Positions 8,287 to 16,825 are shown, numbered from the stretch's first letter. The stretch is DNA of 32,000 nucleotides from Delftia acidovorans NBRC 14950 (GCF_001598795.1 NZ_BCZP01000025.1:30001-62000), one strand, 5' to 3'. The notes: generated by a model not told the origin, from the sequence alone. Program-made: numbers and translations.

Positions 8287-9735
8287 ATGACACACAAGGC
8301 CCCGCCAACCGGCCAGGGCCTGCACGGTCAAGACGACCTGCAGCGCAATCTCACCAACCGCCATATCCAGCTCATCGCCATCGGCGGGGCCATCGGCACG
8401 GGCCTGTTCATGGGCTCGGGCAAGACCATCAGCCTGGCCGGCCCGTCCATCATCTTTGTCTACACCATCATCGGCGTGATGCTGTTCTTCGTGATGCGGG
8501 CCATGGGCGAGCTGCTGCTGTCCAACCTGCAGTACCGCTCCTTCATCGACTTCTCGTCCGACCTGCTCGGCCCCTGGGCCGGCTTCTTCACGGGCTGGAC
8601 GTACTGGTTCTGCTGGATCGTCACGGGCATTGCCGATGTGATTGCCATATCGGCCTACTCGCAGTTCTGGTTCCCCGACCTGCCGCAGTGGGCACCGGCC
8701 ATCGCCTGCGTGGGCCTGCTGCTGGGCCTGAACCTGCTGACGGTGAAGCTGTTCGGCGAGATCGAGTTCTGGTTCGCCATGATCAAGATCGTGGCCATCG
8801 TGGCCCTGGTGGGCACGGGGCTGTACATGGTGGGTGCCGCCTTCGTCTCGCCTGCGGGCCGCACGGCCAGCCTGTCCAACCTCTGGAATGACGGCGGCAT
8901 GTTCCCCAACGGGATGATGGGCTTCTTCGCGGGCTTCCAGATCGCGGTGTTCGCCTTCGTGGGCATCGAGCTGGTGGGCACCACGGCGGCCGAGGCCAAG
9001 GACCCCGAGCGCACGCTGCCGCGCGCCATCAATTCGATTCCCGTGCGCATCATCGTGTTCTACGTGCTGGCCCTGATCGCCATCATGGCCGTCACCCCCT
9101 GGCGCGACGTGGTGCCCGGCAAGAGCCCGTTCGTGGAGCTGTTCGTGCTGGCGGGCCTGCCGGCCGCCGCAGGCGTGATCAATTTCGTGGTGCTGACCTC
9201 GGCCGCCTCGTCGGCCAACAGCGGCGTGTTCTCCACCAGCCGCATGCTCTACGGCCTGGCGCTCAAGGGCGATGCGCCCCGGGCCTTCCACCGGCTGTCG
9301 CGCAGCAGCGTGCCCTCGCGCGGGCTGCTGTTTTCCTGCACCTGCCTGCTGGCCGGCGCGTTTCTGATGTGGGTGGTGCCCGATCTGGTGGAAGCCTTCA
9401 CGTTGGTGACCACGGTATCGGCCATTCTGTTCATGTTCGTGTGGTCGCTGATCCTGCTGTCGTACATGGCCTACCGGCGCCAGCGCGCGGCTCTGCATGA
9501 GGCTTCGCGCTACAAGATGCCCGGCGGCGTGGCCATGTGCTGGGCCTGCCTGGTGTTCTTTGCCGCCATCCTGGGCCTGCTCACCCTGCAGGCCGACACG
9601 CGCCAGGCGCTGGTGGTGACGCCGGCCTGGTTTGCCCTGCTGGCCATCGCCTACCAGTTCGTGCGCCGCCAGGCATCGCGCCAGTCGGCGGAGCGTTCCA
9701 CCGCCCTTGCAGGCACGGCAGCCGAACCGCGCTGA
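8287..9735 (+). CDS. cycA: D-serine/D-alanine/glycine-type amino acid permease (APC family, CycA-like)
   Basis: From MTHKAPP onward the protein is near-colinear with E. coli CycA as I recall it (LQRNLTNRHIQLIAIGGAIGTGLFMGSGKTISLAGPSIIFVY, FWFAMIKIVAI, FAGFQIAVFAFVGIELVGTTAAE, VINFVVLTSAASSANSGVFSTSRML). The ORF-track start at 8170 is an upstream in-frame extension. Confidence 0.9.
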   Translation: MTHKAPPTGQGLHGQDDLQRNLTNRHIQLIAIGGAIGTGLFMGSGKTISLAGPSIIFVYTIIGVMLFFVMRAMGELLLSNLQYRSFIDFSSDLLGPWAGFFTGWTYWFCWIVTGIADVIAISAYSQFWFPDLPQWAPAIACVGLLLGLNLLTVKLFGEIEFWFAMIKIVAIVALVGTGLYMVGAAFVSPAGRTASLSNLWNDGGMFPNGMMGFFAGFQIAVFAFVGIELVGTTAAEAKDPERTLPRAINSIPVRIIVFYVLALIAIMAVTPWRDVVPGKSPFVELFVLAGLPAAAGVINFVVLTSAASSANSGVFSTSRMLYGLALKGDAPRAFHRLSRSSVPSRGLLFSCTCLLAGAFLMWVVPDLVEAFTLVTTVSAILFMFVWSLILLSYMAYRRQRAALHEASRYKMPGGVAMCWACLVFFAAILGLLTLQADTRQALVVTPAWFALLAIAYQFVRRQASRQSAERSTALAGTAAEPR

Positions 9736-9744
9736 CCCTCTCCC

Positions 9745-9773
9745 GGCCGCCCCCCCTGCGCATGGGGGCGGCC
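9745..9773 (+). terminator. GC-rich hairpin just downstream of cycA (possible terminator or stabiliser, no U-tract)
   Basis: A perfect 10-bp stem, GGCCGCCCCC (9745-9754) and GGGGGCGGCC (9764-9773), with a 9-nt loop. It starts 10 bp after the stop codon. Confidence 0.35.
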
Positions 9774-9952
9774 ATTGCAGGAGGCCTTTGGCGCCCGCGC
9801 TCCCTCTGCGCACCCCCTTCAGCGCCTCCCTCAGCGCCTCCGCTGCCCCTCTTGCTGCGCACCAAACTTGTGCACAGCATCTTTGGCCTGTCCAGCAGTT
9901 AGATAACGAGTGAACAAAAAAACAACTGTCTTTACGCCGACAAAAAGATGTG

Positions 9953-9971
9953 GATACAAATCGTTATCATT
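9953..9971. promoter_or_regulatory. Candidate Fur box upstream of the TonB-dependent receptor
   Basis: GATACAAATCGTTATCATT lies in an AT-rich tract 39 bp upstream of the ATG. It contains a perfect AATGATAA core on the reverse strand. By hand alignment it matches ATAATCATTATCATT at about 12 of 15 positions. Confidence 0.5.
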
Positions 9972-10009
9972 CGCACCTTGATTTTTAACCAAACCGGAAC
10001 TTTACAAAG

Positions 10010-12067
10010 ATGGTCAGAATCTCGGTGCTCCGCCCGCTTCCTCTTTGCGCCGCCCTGGCATGCACAGCCATGGCCCATGCCCAGTCAGCCGACAACAAGG
10101 CCGACACGTCCCTGTCCACCGTGGTGGTGACCGCCTCGGGCACGGCCGTGGACATCAAGGAAGCGCCGGCCAGCATCAGCGTGATCACCCGCGAGGACAT
10201 CGAGCGCAAGCCCGTCACCAGCATCGGCGAGCTGCTGTCCACCATTCCCGGCGTGACCGGCGGCCTGTCCGGCACGGGCGCCCAGTCCAAGATCAAGCTG
10301 CGCGGCCTGCCCGAGAAGTACACGCTGATCCTGGTGGACGGCAAGCGCCAGGGCAACTCGGCCGGCATCAACTACCGCGACGACCTGGGCTCGCAGGATC
10401 TGGACTGGATCTCGCCCGAGATGATCGAGCGCATCGAGGTGGTGCGCGGCCCCATGTCCTCGCTGTACGGCTCCGACGCCATGGGCGGCGTGATCAACAT
10501 CATCACGCGCAAGATCGGCAAGCGCTGGAGCGGCTCGACCACGCTGAACTACAGCAAGCCCTCCGACGGCGACCGCGGCGACACGCGCCAGCTGGGCTTC
10601 AACATCAGCGGCCCGCTGTCCGACAAGTTCGGCCTGCGCCTGGGCGGCAACTACACGGACCGCGCAGCCGACGAGAGCACGGGCGGCTTCCCGGGCACCT
10701 ACCAGTCCACGGCCGGCTCGCGCAAGCAAAACCTCAACGCCCTGCTCAACTGGCAGCTCACGCCCGACCAGGTGATCGGCATCGAGGCCGCGCAAGGCAT
10801 CCAGCGCGCCACGGGCTCCGACGCGCGCACGGCGTCGGGCGACCAGGTGGTCTATCCCTGGGGCCTGAGCAAGCTGGAGCAGACCAAGTTCGGCCTCAGC
10901 CATGACGGCCGCTGGGGCGACCTGACCTCCAAGCTCAACCTCGTGCACAACAAGTACGAGGACAAGGGCGACACCATCGGCAACAACTCCAAGGAAACCA
11001 CGCTGGACGGCCGCATCGACAAGCCGTTGAAGCTGTGGGGCCTGGACCAGGCCATGACGCTGGGCATGCAGTGGCGCCGCGAGTCGCTGGACAACCGCGA
11101 CACCATCGGCCTGGCTCCCATCGACTACGCGGGGCACCCGGTCTCGGGCTCGGGCCTGAGCGCCACCACCTGGGCGCTGTTCGGCGAGGACCAGATCTTC
11201 CTGCGCGAGAACCTGGCGCTGACGCTGGGCCTGCGCATGGACCACCACCAGAAATACGGCAACAACTGGAGCCCGCGCGCCTACCTGGTCTACCACCCGG
11301 CCTCGGAGTGGACGGTTCGCGGCGGCGTCTCGCGCGGCTTCCGTGCGCCCAACCTGAAGGAAAACTCGGCCAGCGCCGCCACGCAATCCGGGGGCAACGG
11401 CTGCCGCAGCCTGGCCGGCATGGGCTGGACCAACACCAGCGTGAATGCCGACGGCACGCGCGGCTGCTACATGGCCGGCAACCCCGACCTGCAGCCCGAG
11501 ACCAGCACCAACTTCGAGCTGGGCACGAGCTGGGACCGCAATGGCTGGGCCCTGGGCGCCACCTACTTCCACACCAACTTCAAGAACAAGATCGACTACC
11601 AGCCGCTGGGTTTCTACAACGGCTTCTGGTGGACCCGCATGGCCAACGCCCAGCGTGCCCGCACGCGCGGCCTGGAAGGCTTCGTGAACGTTCCCCTGGC
11701 CAAGGGCCTGACCTGGAACACCAACATCACCAAGATGTTCGAGTCCAAGAACCTGAGCACGGGCGCCTCGCTGCTGGCCGTACCCGAGCTGTCCATCTAC
11801 TCGTCGCTGCAGTGGCAGATCCGCCAGGGCTGGTCCGCCATGTTCAGCGCCCGCCACGTGGGCAAGGAAGTCGTGACCACGGGCACGGCCACCACCTTCG
11901 CCAAGGCCTATACGACCTTTGACGTGTCCATGAACTACAACGTGACCGACACCCTGACCCTGCGCGCCGGCATCATCAACCTGGCCGACAAGGAAACCCG
12001 CACCATCGGCGCCAACTATGACAACGGCGGCCGTACCTACTTCGTGGGGATGACGGCGCGGTTCTGA
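10010..12067 (+). CDS. TonB-dependent siderophore receptor (CirA/FepA-like catecholate type)
   Basis: 685 aa with a signal peptide, TonB box region (DTSLSTVVVTA), a plug with IEVVRGPMSSLYGSDAMGGVINIITRK (very CirA-like) and a C-terminal beta-barrel ending in F. Confidence 0.9.
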   Translation: MVRISVLRPLPLCAALACTAMAHAQSADNKADTSLSTVVVTASGTAVDIKEAPASISVITREDIERKPVTSIGELLSTIPGVTGGLSGTGAQSKIKLRGLPEKYTLILVDGKRQGNSAGINYRDDLGSQDLDWISPEMIERIEVVRGPMSSLYGSDAMGGVINIITRKIGKRWSGSTTLNYSKPSDGDRGDTRQLGFNISGPLSDKFGLRLGGNYTDRAADESTGGFPGTYQSTAGSRKQNLNALLNWQLTPDQVIGIEAAQGIQRATGSDARTASGDQVVYPWGLSKLEQTKFGLSHDGRWGDLTSKLNLVHNKYEDKGDTIGNNSKETTLDGRIDKPLKLWGLDQAMTLGMQWRRESLDNRDTIGLAPIDYAGHPVSGSGLSATTWALFGEDQIFLRENLALTLGLRMDHHQKYGNNWSPRAYLVYHPASEWTVRGGVSRGFRAPNLKENSASAATQSGGNGCRSLAGMGWTNTSVNADGTRGCYMAGNPDLQPETSTNFELGTSWDRNGWALGATYFHTNFKNKIDYQPLGFYNGFWWTRMANAQRARTRGLEGFVNVPLAKGLTWNTNITKMFESKNLSTGASLLAVPELSIYSSLQWQIRQGWSAMFSARHVGKEVVTTGTATTFAKAYTTFDVSMNYNVTDTLTLRAGIINLADKETRTIGANYDNGGRTYFVGMTARF

Positions 12068-12103
12068 TGGCCCGTTACCGGCCCTTGCGCTGACCCAGAC
12101 AAA

Positions 12104-12129
12104 GCGCCCGTTGTGACGGGCGCTTTTTT
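12104..12129. terminator. Rho-independent terminator between convergent genes
   Basis: GCGCCCGT (12104-12111), a TGTG loop and ACGGGCGC (12116-12123), then TTTTTT (12124-12129). Confidence 0.8.
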
Positions 12130-12148
12130 CATGGCGAAGAGCAAAGCC

Positions 12149-12640
12149 TCACTCCCAGACACCGCCCTGCGCAGGGGGCTTGCGCGTCAGCAATTCCTCG
12201 TCTGTCAAGGGCCGGCCTGTCCAGACATTCACCTTCGAGGCGCCGGCCGCGTTGGCCAGCTCGCGCAAGGCCCTCAGTTCCACCTGGGTGAATCCGCCCT
12301 CGGGGTCGCCGAGCGGATGGATGACGATGTGCGGGGAGGCCGCCAGCCAGGCACGCCGATGCATGCGCCTGAGCTGGTACTTCAGAAGCTGCTCGGCCAG
12401 GATGAAGTCCGATATCAGCGAACGCGGGTGGGCGAAGGGATTGACGACTTCGGCAGGCTCCGATGCAGCCGCGAGCCTGGCCTGCGGGCCGGCCGCGAGA
12501 ATCCGGCGCCGGGGCGGCGGACTCAGGGCCAGCTCGGGAACCTCCGACAAGGTCTGCCCGGTCTTCGGATCCTTCAGCGTCAGGCGCTCGGGAGAAATCT
12601 GTACGTAGATGAGTGATACGAAGGCAGAGAGCATGGACAT
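12149..12640 (-). CDS. Small protein resembling the N-terminal half of MreB/actin-fold ATPases (truncated, no phosphate-binding motif)
   Basis: 163 aa with high GC3. The segment NPFAHPRSLISDFILAEQLLKYQLRRMH....SPHIVIHPLGDPEGGFTQVELRALRELANAAGASKVNVW aligns by eye to MreB [27 protein letters not shown]...[34 protein letters not shown]. The start codon lies 3 bp after the HxlR stop. Confidence 0.7.
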   Translation of the reverse strand: MSMLSAFVSLIYVQISPERLTLKDPKTGQTLSEVPELALSPPPRRRILAAGPQARLAAASEPAEVVNPFAHPRSLISDFILAEQLLKYQLRRMHRRAWLAASPHIVIHPLGDPEGGFTQVELRALRELANAAGASKVNVWTGRPLTDEELLTRKPPAQGGVWE

Positions 12641-12643
12641 CCA

Positions 12644-13093
12644 TCAATCGATTTTCTGAACCACGGTCTGGCCCGGCAGCAAGGCCCGGCCATCACCACC
12701 GCGCGGCAGCATCGGCGCGACAGGCTGGCCGGTCTGGCGGTCCAGCAGCAGCGAATGCGCCTCGCCCGGCGCGAACAGATGGCCTTCGCCCCATTGCCGC
12801 AACGCCACGATCACCGGGAACAGCTCAAGGCCCTGGGCCGTGAGCACGTATTCCAGGTAGGCCGAGCCTTCTGCGGCCGGTCGGGTTTCGAGGATGCCGG
12901 CCTCCACCAGCCGCCGCAGCCGGTCGGCCAGGATATTGCGGGCCGCACCCAGGCTGCGCTGGAAATCGCCAAAACGGCTGATGCCGTCGAAGGCATCGCG
13001 CACGATGAGCAGCGACCAGCGGTCGCCGATCACATCCAGGGAGCGGGCCACCGGACAGGGCTGCGGTGCGTCAGGTCGGGGGTCTTCTTTCAT
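12644..13093 (-). CDS. HxlR-family transcriptional regulator
   Basis: CPVARSLDVIGDRWSLLIVRDAFDGISRFGDFQRSLGAARNILADRLRRLVEAGILE is the canonical HxlR wHTH. I chose the ATG at complement 13091-13093 (MKEDPRP) rather than the track start at 13156. Confidence 0.9.
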   Translation of the reverse strand: MKEDPRPDAPQPCPVARSLDVIGDRWSLLIVRDAFDGISRFGDFQRSLGAARNILADRLRRLVEAGILETRPAAEGSAYLEYVLTAQGLELFPVIVALRQWGEGHLFAPGEAHSLLLDRQTGQPVAPMLPRGGDGRALLPGQTVVQKID

Positions 13094-13102
13094 GGCGCTA
13101 TT

Positions 13103-13170
13103 TTGGTTGCATTTCAAAACTGGTTCAACTAGCATCCAACTAGTTTTGTTTTGCAACTGGATTCAACCAA
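13103..13170. promoter_or_regulatory. Nested inverted repeats in the HxlR/MFS divergent intergenic region (candidate operator)
   Basis: The outer arms TTGGTTGCAT (13103-13112) and ATTCAACCAA (13161-13170) match 9/10. The inner arms CAAAACTGGTT (13115-13125) and CAACTAGTTTTG (13137-13148) are an imperfect repeat. Confidence 0.4.
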
Positions 13171-14381
13171 TGAACGCCTTCCCTGCCCCGGACACGGTCC
13201 GCATGCCGCGCAGCCTGGTGCTGTTGTTCGCCGCTGCCAGCGGCCTGAGCGTGGCGAATGTCTACTACGCCCAGCCGCTGCTGGAGGCGCTGGCGGCCGA
13301 CTTCGGCATCAGCCATGCGGCCGTGGGCGGCGTGGTCACCGCCACGCAGGCCGGCTGCGCGCTGGCGCTGGTGCTGCTGGTGCCGCTGGGCGACCGGCTG
13401 GAGCGGCGGCGGCTCATGCTTTTGCAGTTGCTGGGCCTGGTGCTGGCCCTGGCGGCAGTCAGCACCGCGCGTTCGGCCGTTCTGCTGCTGGCGGGCATGC
13501 TGGCCGTGGGCCTGCTGGGCACGGCCATGACGCAGGGGCTGATCGCCTATGCGGCCAGCGCCAGCCAGGCGCATGAGCGCGGGCGCGTGGTGGGCGCAGC
13601 CCAGGGCGGTGTTTTCATCGGCCTGCTTTTGGCGCGCGTGTTTGCCGGCGCCGTGGGTGACCTGGCTGGCTGGCGTGGCGTCTATGCCTGCTCGGCCCTG
13701 TTGATGCTGGTCCTGGCTTGGCTCCTGTGGAGGCAACTGCCCCGGCTGGCGGTGCCCTTGCATGCACCCAGCTACACGCAGCTGCTCGCCTCCATGCTCC
13801 AGCTGCTGCGCCAGGACCGCATGCTGCGCACACGCGGCATGCTGGCCCTGCTGATGTTTGCCACCTTCAACATTTTCTGGAGCGCCCTGGTCCTGCCGCT
13901 GAGCGCACCGCCCTACAGCCTGTCGCTCACGGCCATCGGCGCCTTTGGCCTGGCCGGCGTGGTGGGCGCACTGGCAGCAGCCCGTGCCGGGCACTGGGCC
14001 GACCAGGGTTTCGCGCAGCGCACCAGCCTGGGCGCGCTGGCGATACTGCTGCTGGCCTGGGCGCCGATTGCGCTGCTGGAGCAATCGCTGTGGGCGCTGG
14101 TCGCCGGCATCGTGCTGCTGGACCTGGGCGGCCAGGCCCTGCATGTGACCAACCAGAGCCTTATCTTTCGCAGCAACCCGCAGGCGCACAGCCGGCTGGT
14201 GGGCCTGTACATGCTGTTCTATGCCGTGGGCAGCGGGCTGGGGGCGCTGATTGCCACCAACGCCTACGCGCGGTTTGGCTGGCACGGCGTCTGCGTTGCG
14301 GGGGCGGCGTTCAGCTTGGCGGCCCTGGTGTTCTGGGCCATGACGCGGGAGACGGCAGCCCAGGCCAGCGTTCCCCCCTAG
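13170..14381 (+). CDS. MFS transporter
   Basis: A 12-TM profile with the MFS motif VPLGDRLERRR between TM2 and TM3. The start at ATG 13170 (MNAFPAPD) is divergent from the HxlR gene. The track start at 12894 overlaps the HxlR gene. Confidence 0.9.
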   Translation: MNAFPAPDTVRMPRSLVLLFAAASGLSVANVYYAQPLLEALAADFGISHAAVGGVVTATQAGCALALVLLVPLGDRLERRRLMLLQLLGLVLALAAVSTARSAVLLLAGMLAVGLLGTAMTQGLIAYAASASQAHERGRVVGAAQGGVFIGLLLARVFAGAVGDLAGWRGVYACSALLMLVLAWLLWRQLPRLAVPLHAPSYTQLLASMLQLLRQDRMLRTRGMLALLMFATFNIFWSALVLPLSAPPYSLSLTAIGAFGLAGVVGALAAARAGHWADQGFAQRTSLGALAILLLAWAPIALLEQSLWALVAGIVLLDLGGQALHVTNQSLIFRSNPQAHSRLVGLYMLFYAVGSGLGALIATNAYARFGWHGVCVAGAAFSLAALVFWAMTRETAAQASVPP

Positions 14382-15145
14382 ACCCGGCTCACCAGCTCCG
14401 AAGGCACCCGGCCCAGCGCCTTGCGAAACATGGTGGAAAACGCGCTGGGGCTGTCATAGCCCAGGTCCAGCGCCACCTGCGTGACCGATGCGCCCGCAGA
14501 CAGCCGGGACACCGCTGCCAGCAGGCAGGCCTGCTGGCGCCAGGCGCCAAAGGCCATGCCTGTGTGCTGCTGGAAAAACCGGCTGAAGGTGCGCAGGCTC
14601 TTGTTCAGCGCCTGTGCCCAGTCCTGAGGTGTGGCGCGGATGCTGGGTTGGGCCAGGAACTGCTTGCACAGGGCGGCCAGCTTTTCGTCGCGGGGAATGG
14701 GCGCGAACAGCGGCAGGCTGCGGGCCGAGGCCAGCTCGTGCAGCACCAGCGTGACCAGGGCGCCGTCGCGGCCCGCTTCGTCGTACAGCGCCGGCAGGTC
14801 GGCGCAGGACAGCAGCAGCTGGTGCAGCAGCGGGGTGACGACCAGGGCCTCGCAATGCACACCCGGGCGGGGCGCAGCAGCCGGTTCGATGTACAGGCTG
14901 CGCGTGCTCACGCCCTGCATGCGCACGCTGTGCGGCTTGCTGGCCGGAATCCACACGCCGCTGTAGGGCGGGATGGTCCAGGCCCCGTCGTCGGTTTCCA
15001 CTTCCATCAGCCCGCTCATCCCGTAGAGAAACTGGGCACGCCGGTGGCTGTGCGTGGGCAGCAGCGTGCCAGGCGTGTAGTCGGTGCCGATGGCCAGCAC
15101 ATCGCGCGCCACGGCGTCCACGGAATGCAGTGGGATGTTGAGCAT
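14378..15145 (-). CDS. AraC-family transcriptional regulator (cupin N-domain plus HTH)
   Basis: 255 aa with an N-terminal cupin (HSHRRAQFLYGMSGLMEV) and a C-terminal AraC HTH (ALDLGYDSPSAFSTMFRKALG). Confidence 0.9.
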   Translation of the reverse strand: MLNIPLHSVDAVARDVLAIGTDYTPGTLLPTHSHRRAQFLYGMSGLMEVETDDGAWTIPPYSGVWIPASKPHSVRMQGVSTRSLYIEPAAAPRPGVHCEALVVTPLLHQLLLSCADLPALYDEAGRDGALVTLVLHELASARSLPLFAPIPRDEKLAALCKQFLAQPSIRATPQDWAQALNKSLRTFSRFFQQHTGMAFGAWRQQACLLAAVSRLSAGASVTQVALDLGYDSPSAFSTMFRKALGRVPSELVSRV

Positions 15146-15273
15146 GGGAATGTCCGGAAAACAGCCAACAGGCTTTGGCAGGAATTCGAGGATTATTGAC
15201 CTATCCGCGAAAGCAGGCCAAACCGCAGCATCCTAAGGTTCAGTCCTTGTTCGTTTTTTCCAAAGGACTGTCT

Positions 15274-16080
15274 GTGTTCCCTCTCCTGCTGCTGGCTTTC
15301 GGTGTGCTTGCCGGCGTGACCACCGTGCTCTTCGGCTTTGGCGGCGGCTTCGTGGCCGTTCCGCTGCTTTATGCGCTGCTGACCTCCATCCACGGTGCGG
15401 ACTCCGCCGTGGGCCAGGCGGCCATGCACATTGCCGTGGCCACCTCCACCTGCGTGATGATTTTCGGCGCCTCCATGGCCACGCTGCGCCAGCACCGCGC
15501 GGGCGCCCTGCCCTGGGAGCAGGTGCGACCGCTGGCCGGCTTCATTGCGGCCGGCGCCGTGGCGGGCGCGGCGGCCGCCACCTGGATCAGCGGGGAATGG
15601 GTGCGCTGGGCCTTCATCGCCTACCTGGCCCTGACCATCGCCGACGCGCTGCTGCGCCCAGGCTTCGTGCACGGCACCGCCGTCGGCATGCAGCCCATGG
15701 GCCGGCGGGCGGCGGCCACGGCGGGCCTGGCCATTGGTGCGATCGCGGCCTTCCTGGGGGTGGGCGGCAGCGTGATGACCGTGCCGCTGATGCGCCGGCG
15801 CGGAGCCAGCATGGCGGCCGCCACGGCCATGGCCAGCCCGCTGTCCCTGCCCATGGCCGTGGCGGGCACCGCTGCCTACATGCTGGCATCGCAGGGCGCG
15901 GGGCTGGGCCCCTGGCATGTGGGCTATGTGGACCTGCAGGCCTTTGCCCTGCTGACGGTCGGATCGTGGACGGGCATCAGGCTGGCGGCACCGCTGATCG
16001 GCCGCATTCCCGATGCCCTGCATGCCAAGGCCTACCTGGCCCTGCTGGGCCTGGTGCTGCTGGTCATGATCGTGGCCTGA
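15274..16080 (+). CDS. TauE/SafE-family sulfite/anion exporter membrane protein
   Basis: A multi-TM protein with GFGGGFVAVPLL and GVGGSVMTVPLM repeats typical of TauE/SafE. I chose the GTG at 15274, preceded by AAAGGA. The ATG at 15175 would leave only 29 bp to the divergent AraC start. The start position is uncertain. Confidence 0.8.
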   Translation: MFPLLLLAFGVLAGVTTVLFGFGGGFVAVPLLYALLTSIHGADSAVGQAAMHIAVATSTCVMIFGASMATLRQHRAGALPWEQVRPLAGFIAAGAVAGAAAATWISGEWVRWAFIAYLALTIADALLRPGFVHGTAVGMQPMGRRAAATAGLAIGAIAAFLGVGGSVMTVPLMRRRGASMAAATAMASPLSLPMAVAGTAAYMLASQGAGLGPWHVGYVDLQAFALLTVGSWTGIRLAAPLIGRIPDALHAKAYLALLGLVLLVMIVA

Positions 16081-16089
16081 GCGCTGCGC

Positions 16090-16281
16090 TCAACCCTCCT
16101 GGAAGATCGCCTCGATCCGGGTCTCGAACACCCGGGCGATGGCAAAGGCCAGCGGCAGGCTGGGGTCGTAGCGGCCCGTCTCGATCGCGTTCACGGTCTG
16201 GCGCGACACGCCCAGCAGGTCCGCCAGCGCAGCTTGGCTCCAGCCGCGCTGGGCGCGCAGTTCGCGGATGGTGTTTTTCAT
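16090..16281 (-). CDS. Small XRE-family helix-turn-helix transcriptional regulator
   Basis: 63 aa. IRELRAQRGWSQAALADLLGVSRQTVNAIETGRYDPSLPLAFAIARVF is a canonical HTH_3 fold. Confidence 0.9.
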   Translation of the reverse strand: MKNTIRELRAQRGWSQAALADLLGVSRQTVNAIETGRYDPSLPLAFAIARVFETRIEAIFQEG

Positions 16282-16359
16282 CGCAGGGCCGCCCCAAGTT
16301 GAAAAGCAAGGGTAGCGTGGGGGGCATTTTTCATCGGTGGGCGACCTTGGCGAAGCGGC

Positions 16360-16749
16360 TCATCGACTGCGCAGCCAGTGGGCCACCGAGGCAGCCACCC
16401 AGAGCGCACCCATCAAGGGCCACACCATGAACATGCTGAGCTTGGGAAAACCTGCCATTTCCAGGAATCCGTAGGTGAAGGTGATGCCGGCCGTGCCCGC
16501 CGCCGCAATCGCCAGTTGCTCCAGCATGGACTTGCGCAGGAACTCGTCGGTATCGCGCACCAGGCGCACGATGGCCCGCACGGCCAGCGCAAACGCCAGC
16601 ATGGGGCTGAGCAGCAGGGCCGTGCGCAGGGCCCCGGCCTGCATGTCGGCGCTGAGCAAAAGCGCCCCCACAAGCAGCGCCATGTAGAGCAGCAGCGCAA
16701 ATCCCAGTTCCTTCTGGTAGCGGCGGTTGGTGACCGTTGTTTGATTCAT
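16360..16749 (-). CDS. Small integral membrane protein (4 predicted TM segments), co-oriented with the XRE regulator
   Basis: Hydrophobic segments FALLLYMALLVGALLL, LLLSPMLAFALAV, IAAAGTAGITFTYGFL and MFMVWPLMGALWVAA. I prefer the second ATG (complement 16747-16749, MNQTTV) because the track start at 16785 lies inside a long inverted repeat. Confidence 0.7.
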   Translation of the reverse strand: MNQTTVTNRRYQKELGFALLLYMALLVGALLLSADMQAGALRTALLLSPMLAFALAVRAIVRLVRDTDEFLRKSMLEQLAIAAAGTAGITFTYGFLEMAGFPKLSMFMVWPLMGALWVAASVAHWLRSR

Positions 16750-16766
16750 GGAAGTCTCTCGCAATG

Positions 16767-16825
16767 TGTAAAGGATGCTTGACATTGTGCGATGCCACCC
16801 GCTGGCATGTCAAGCAAGCTTTACA
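16767..16825. promoter_or_regulatory. Long inverted repeat (19-bp arms, 17/19 match), candidate XRE operator with divergent -35 boxes
   Basis: TGTAAAGGATGCTTGACAT (16767-16785) and ATGTCAAGCAAGCTTTACA (16807-16825) are separated by 21 bp. Each arm carries a TTGACA hexamer on opposite strands. Confidence 0.5.

Noticed and set aside
12113-12616. Plus-strand ORFs 12113..12616 and 12180..12608, opposite the MreB-fragment gene
   Set aside because: The minus-strand frame shows high GC3 and a recognisable actin-fold alignment, and is coupled to the HxlR stop. The plus-strand translations have no features.
15175-15273. ATG at 15175 as the start of the TauE/SafE gene
   Set aside because: It would place the start 29 bp from the divergent AraC start codon and add a hydrophilic 33-aa leader that is atypical for the family. 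GTG 15274 with an upstream AAAGGA fits better. This remains uncertain.
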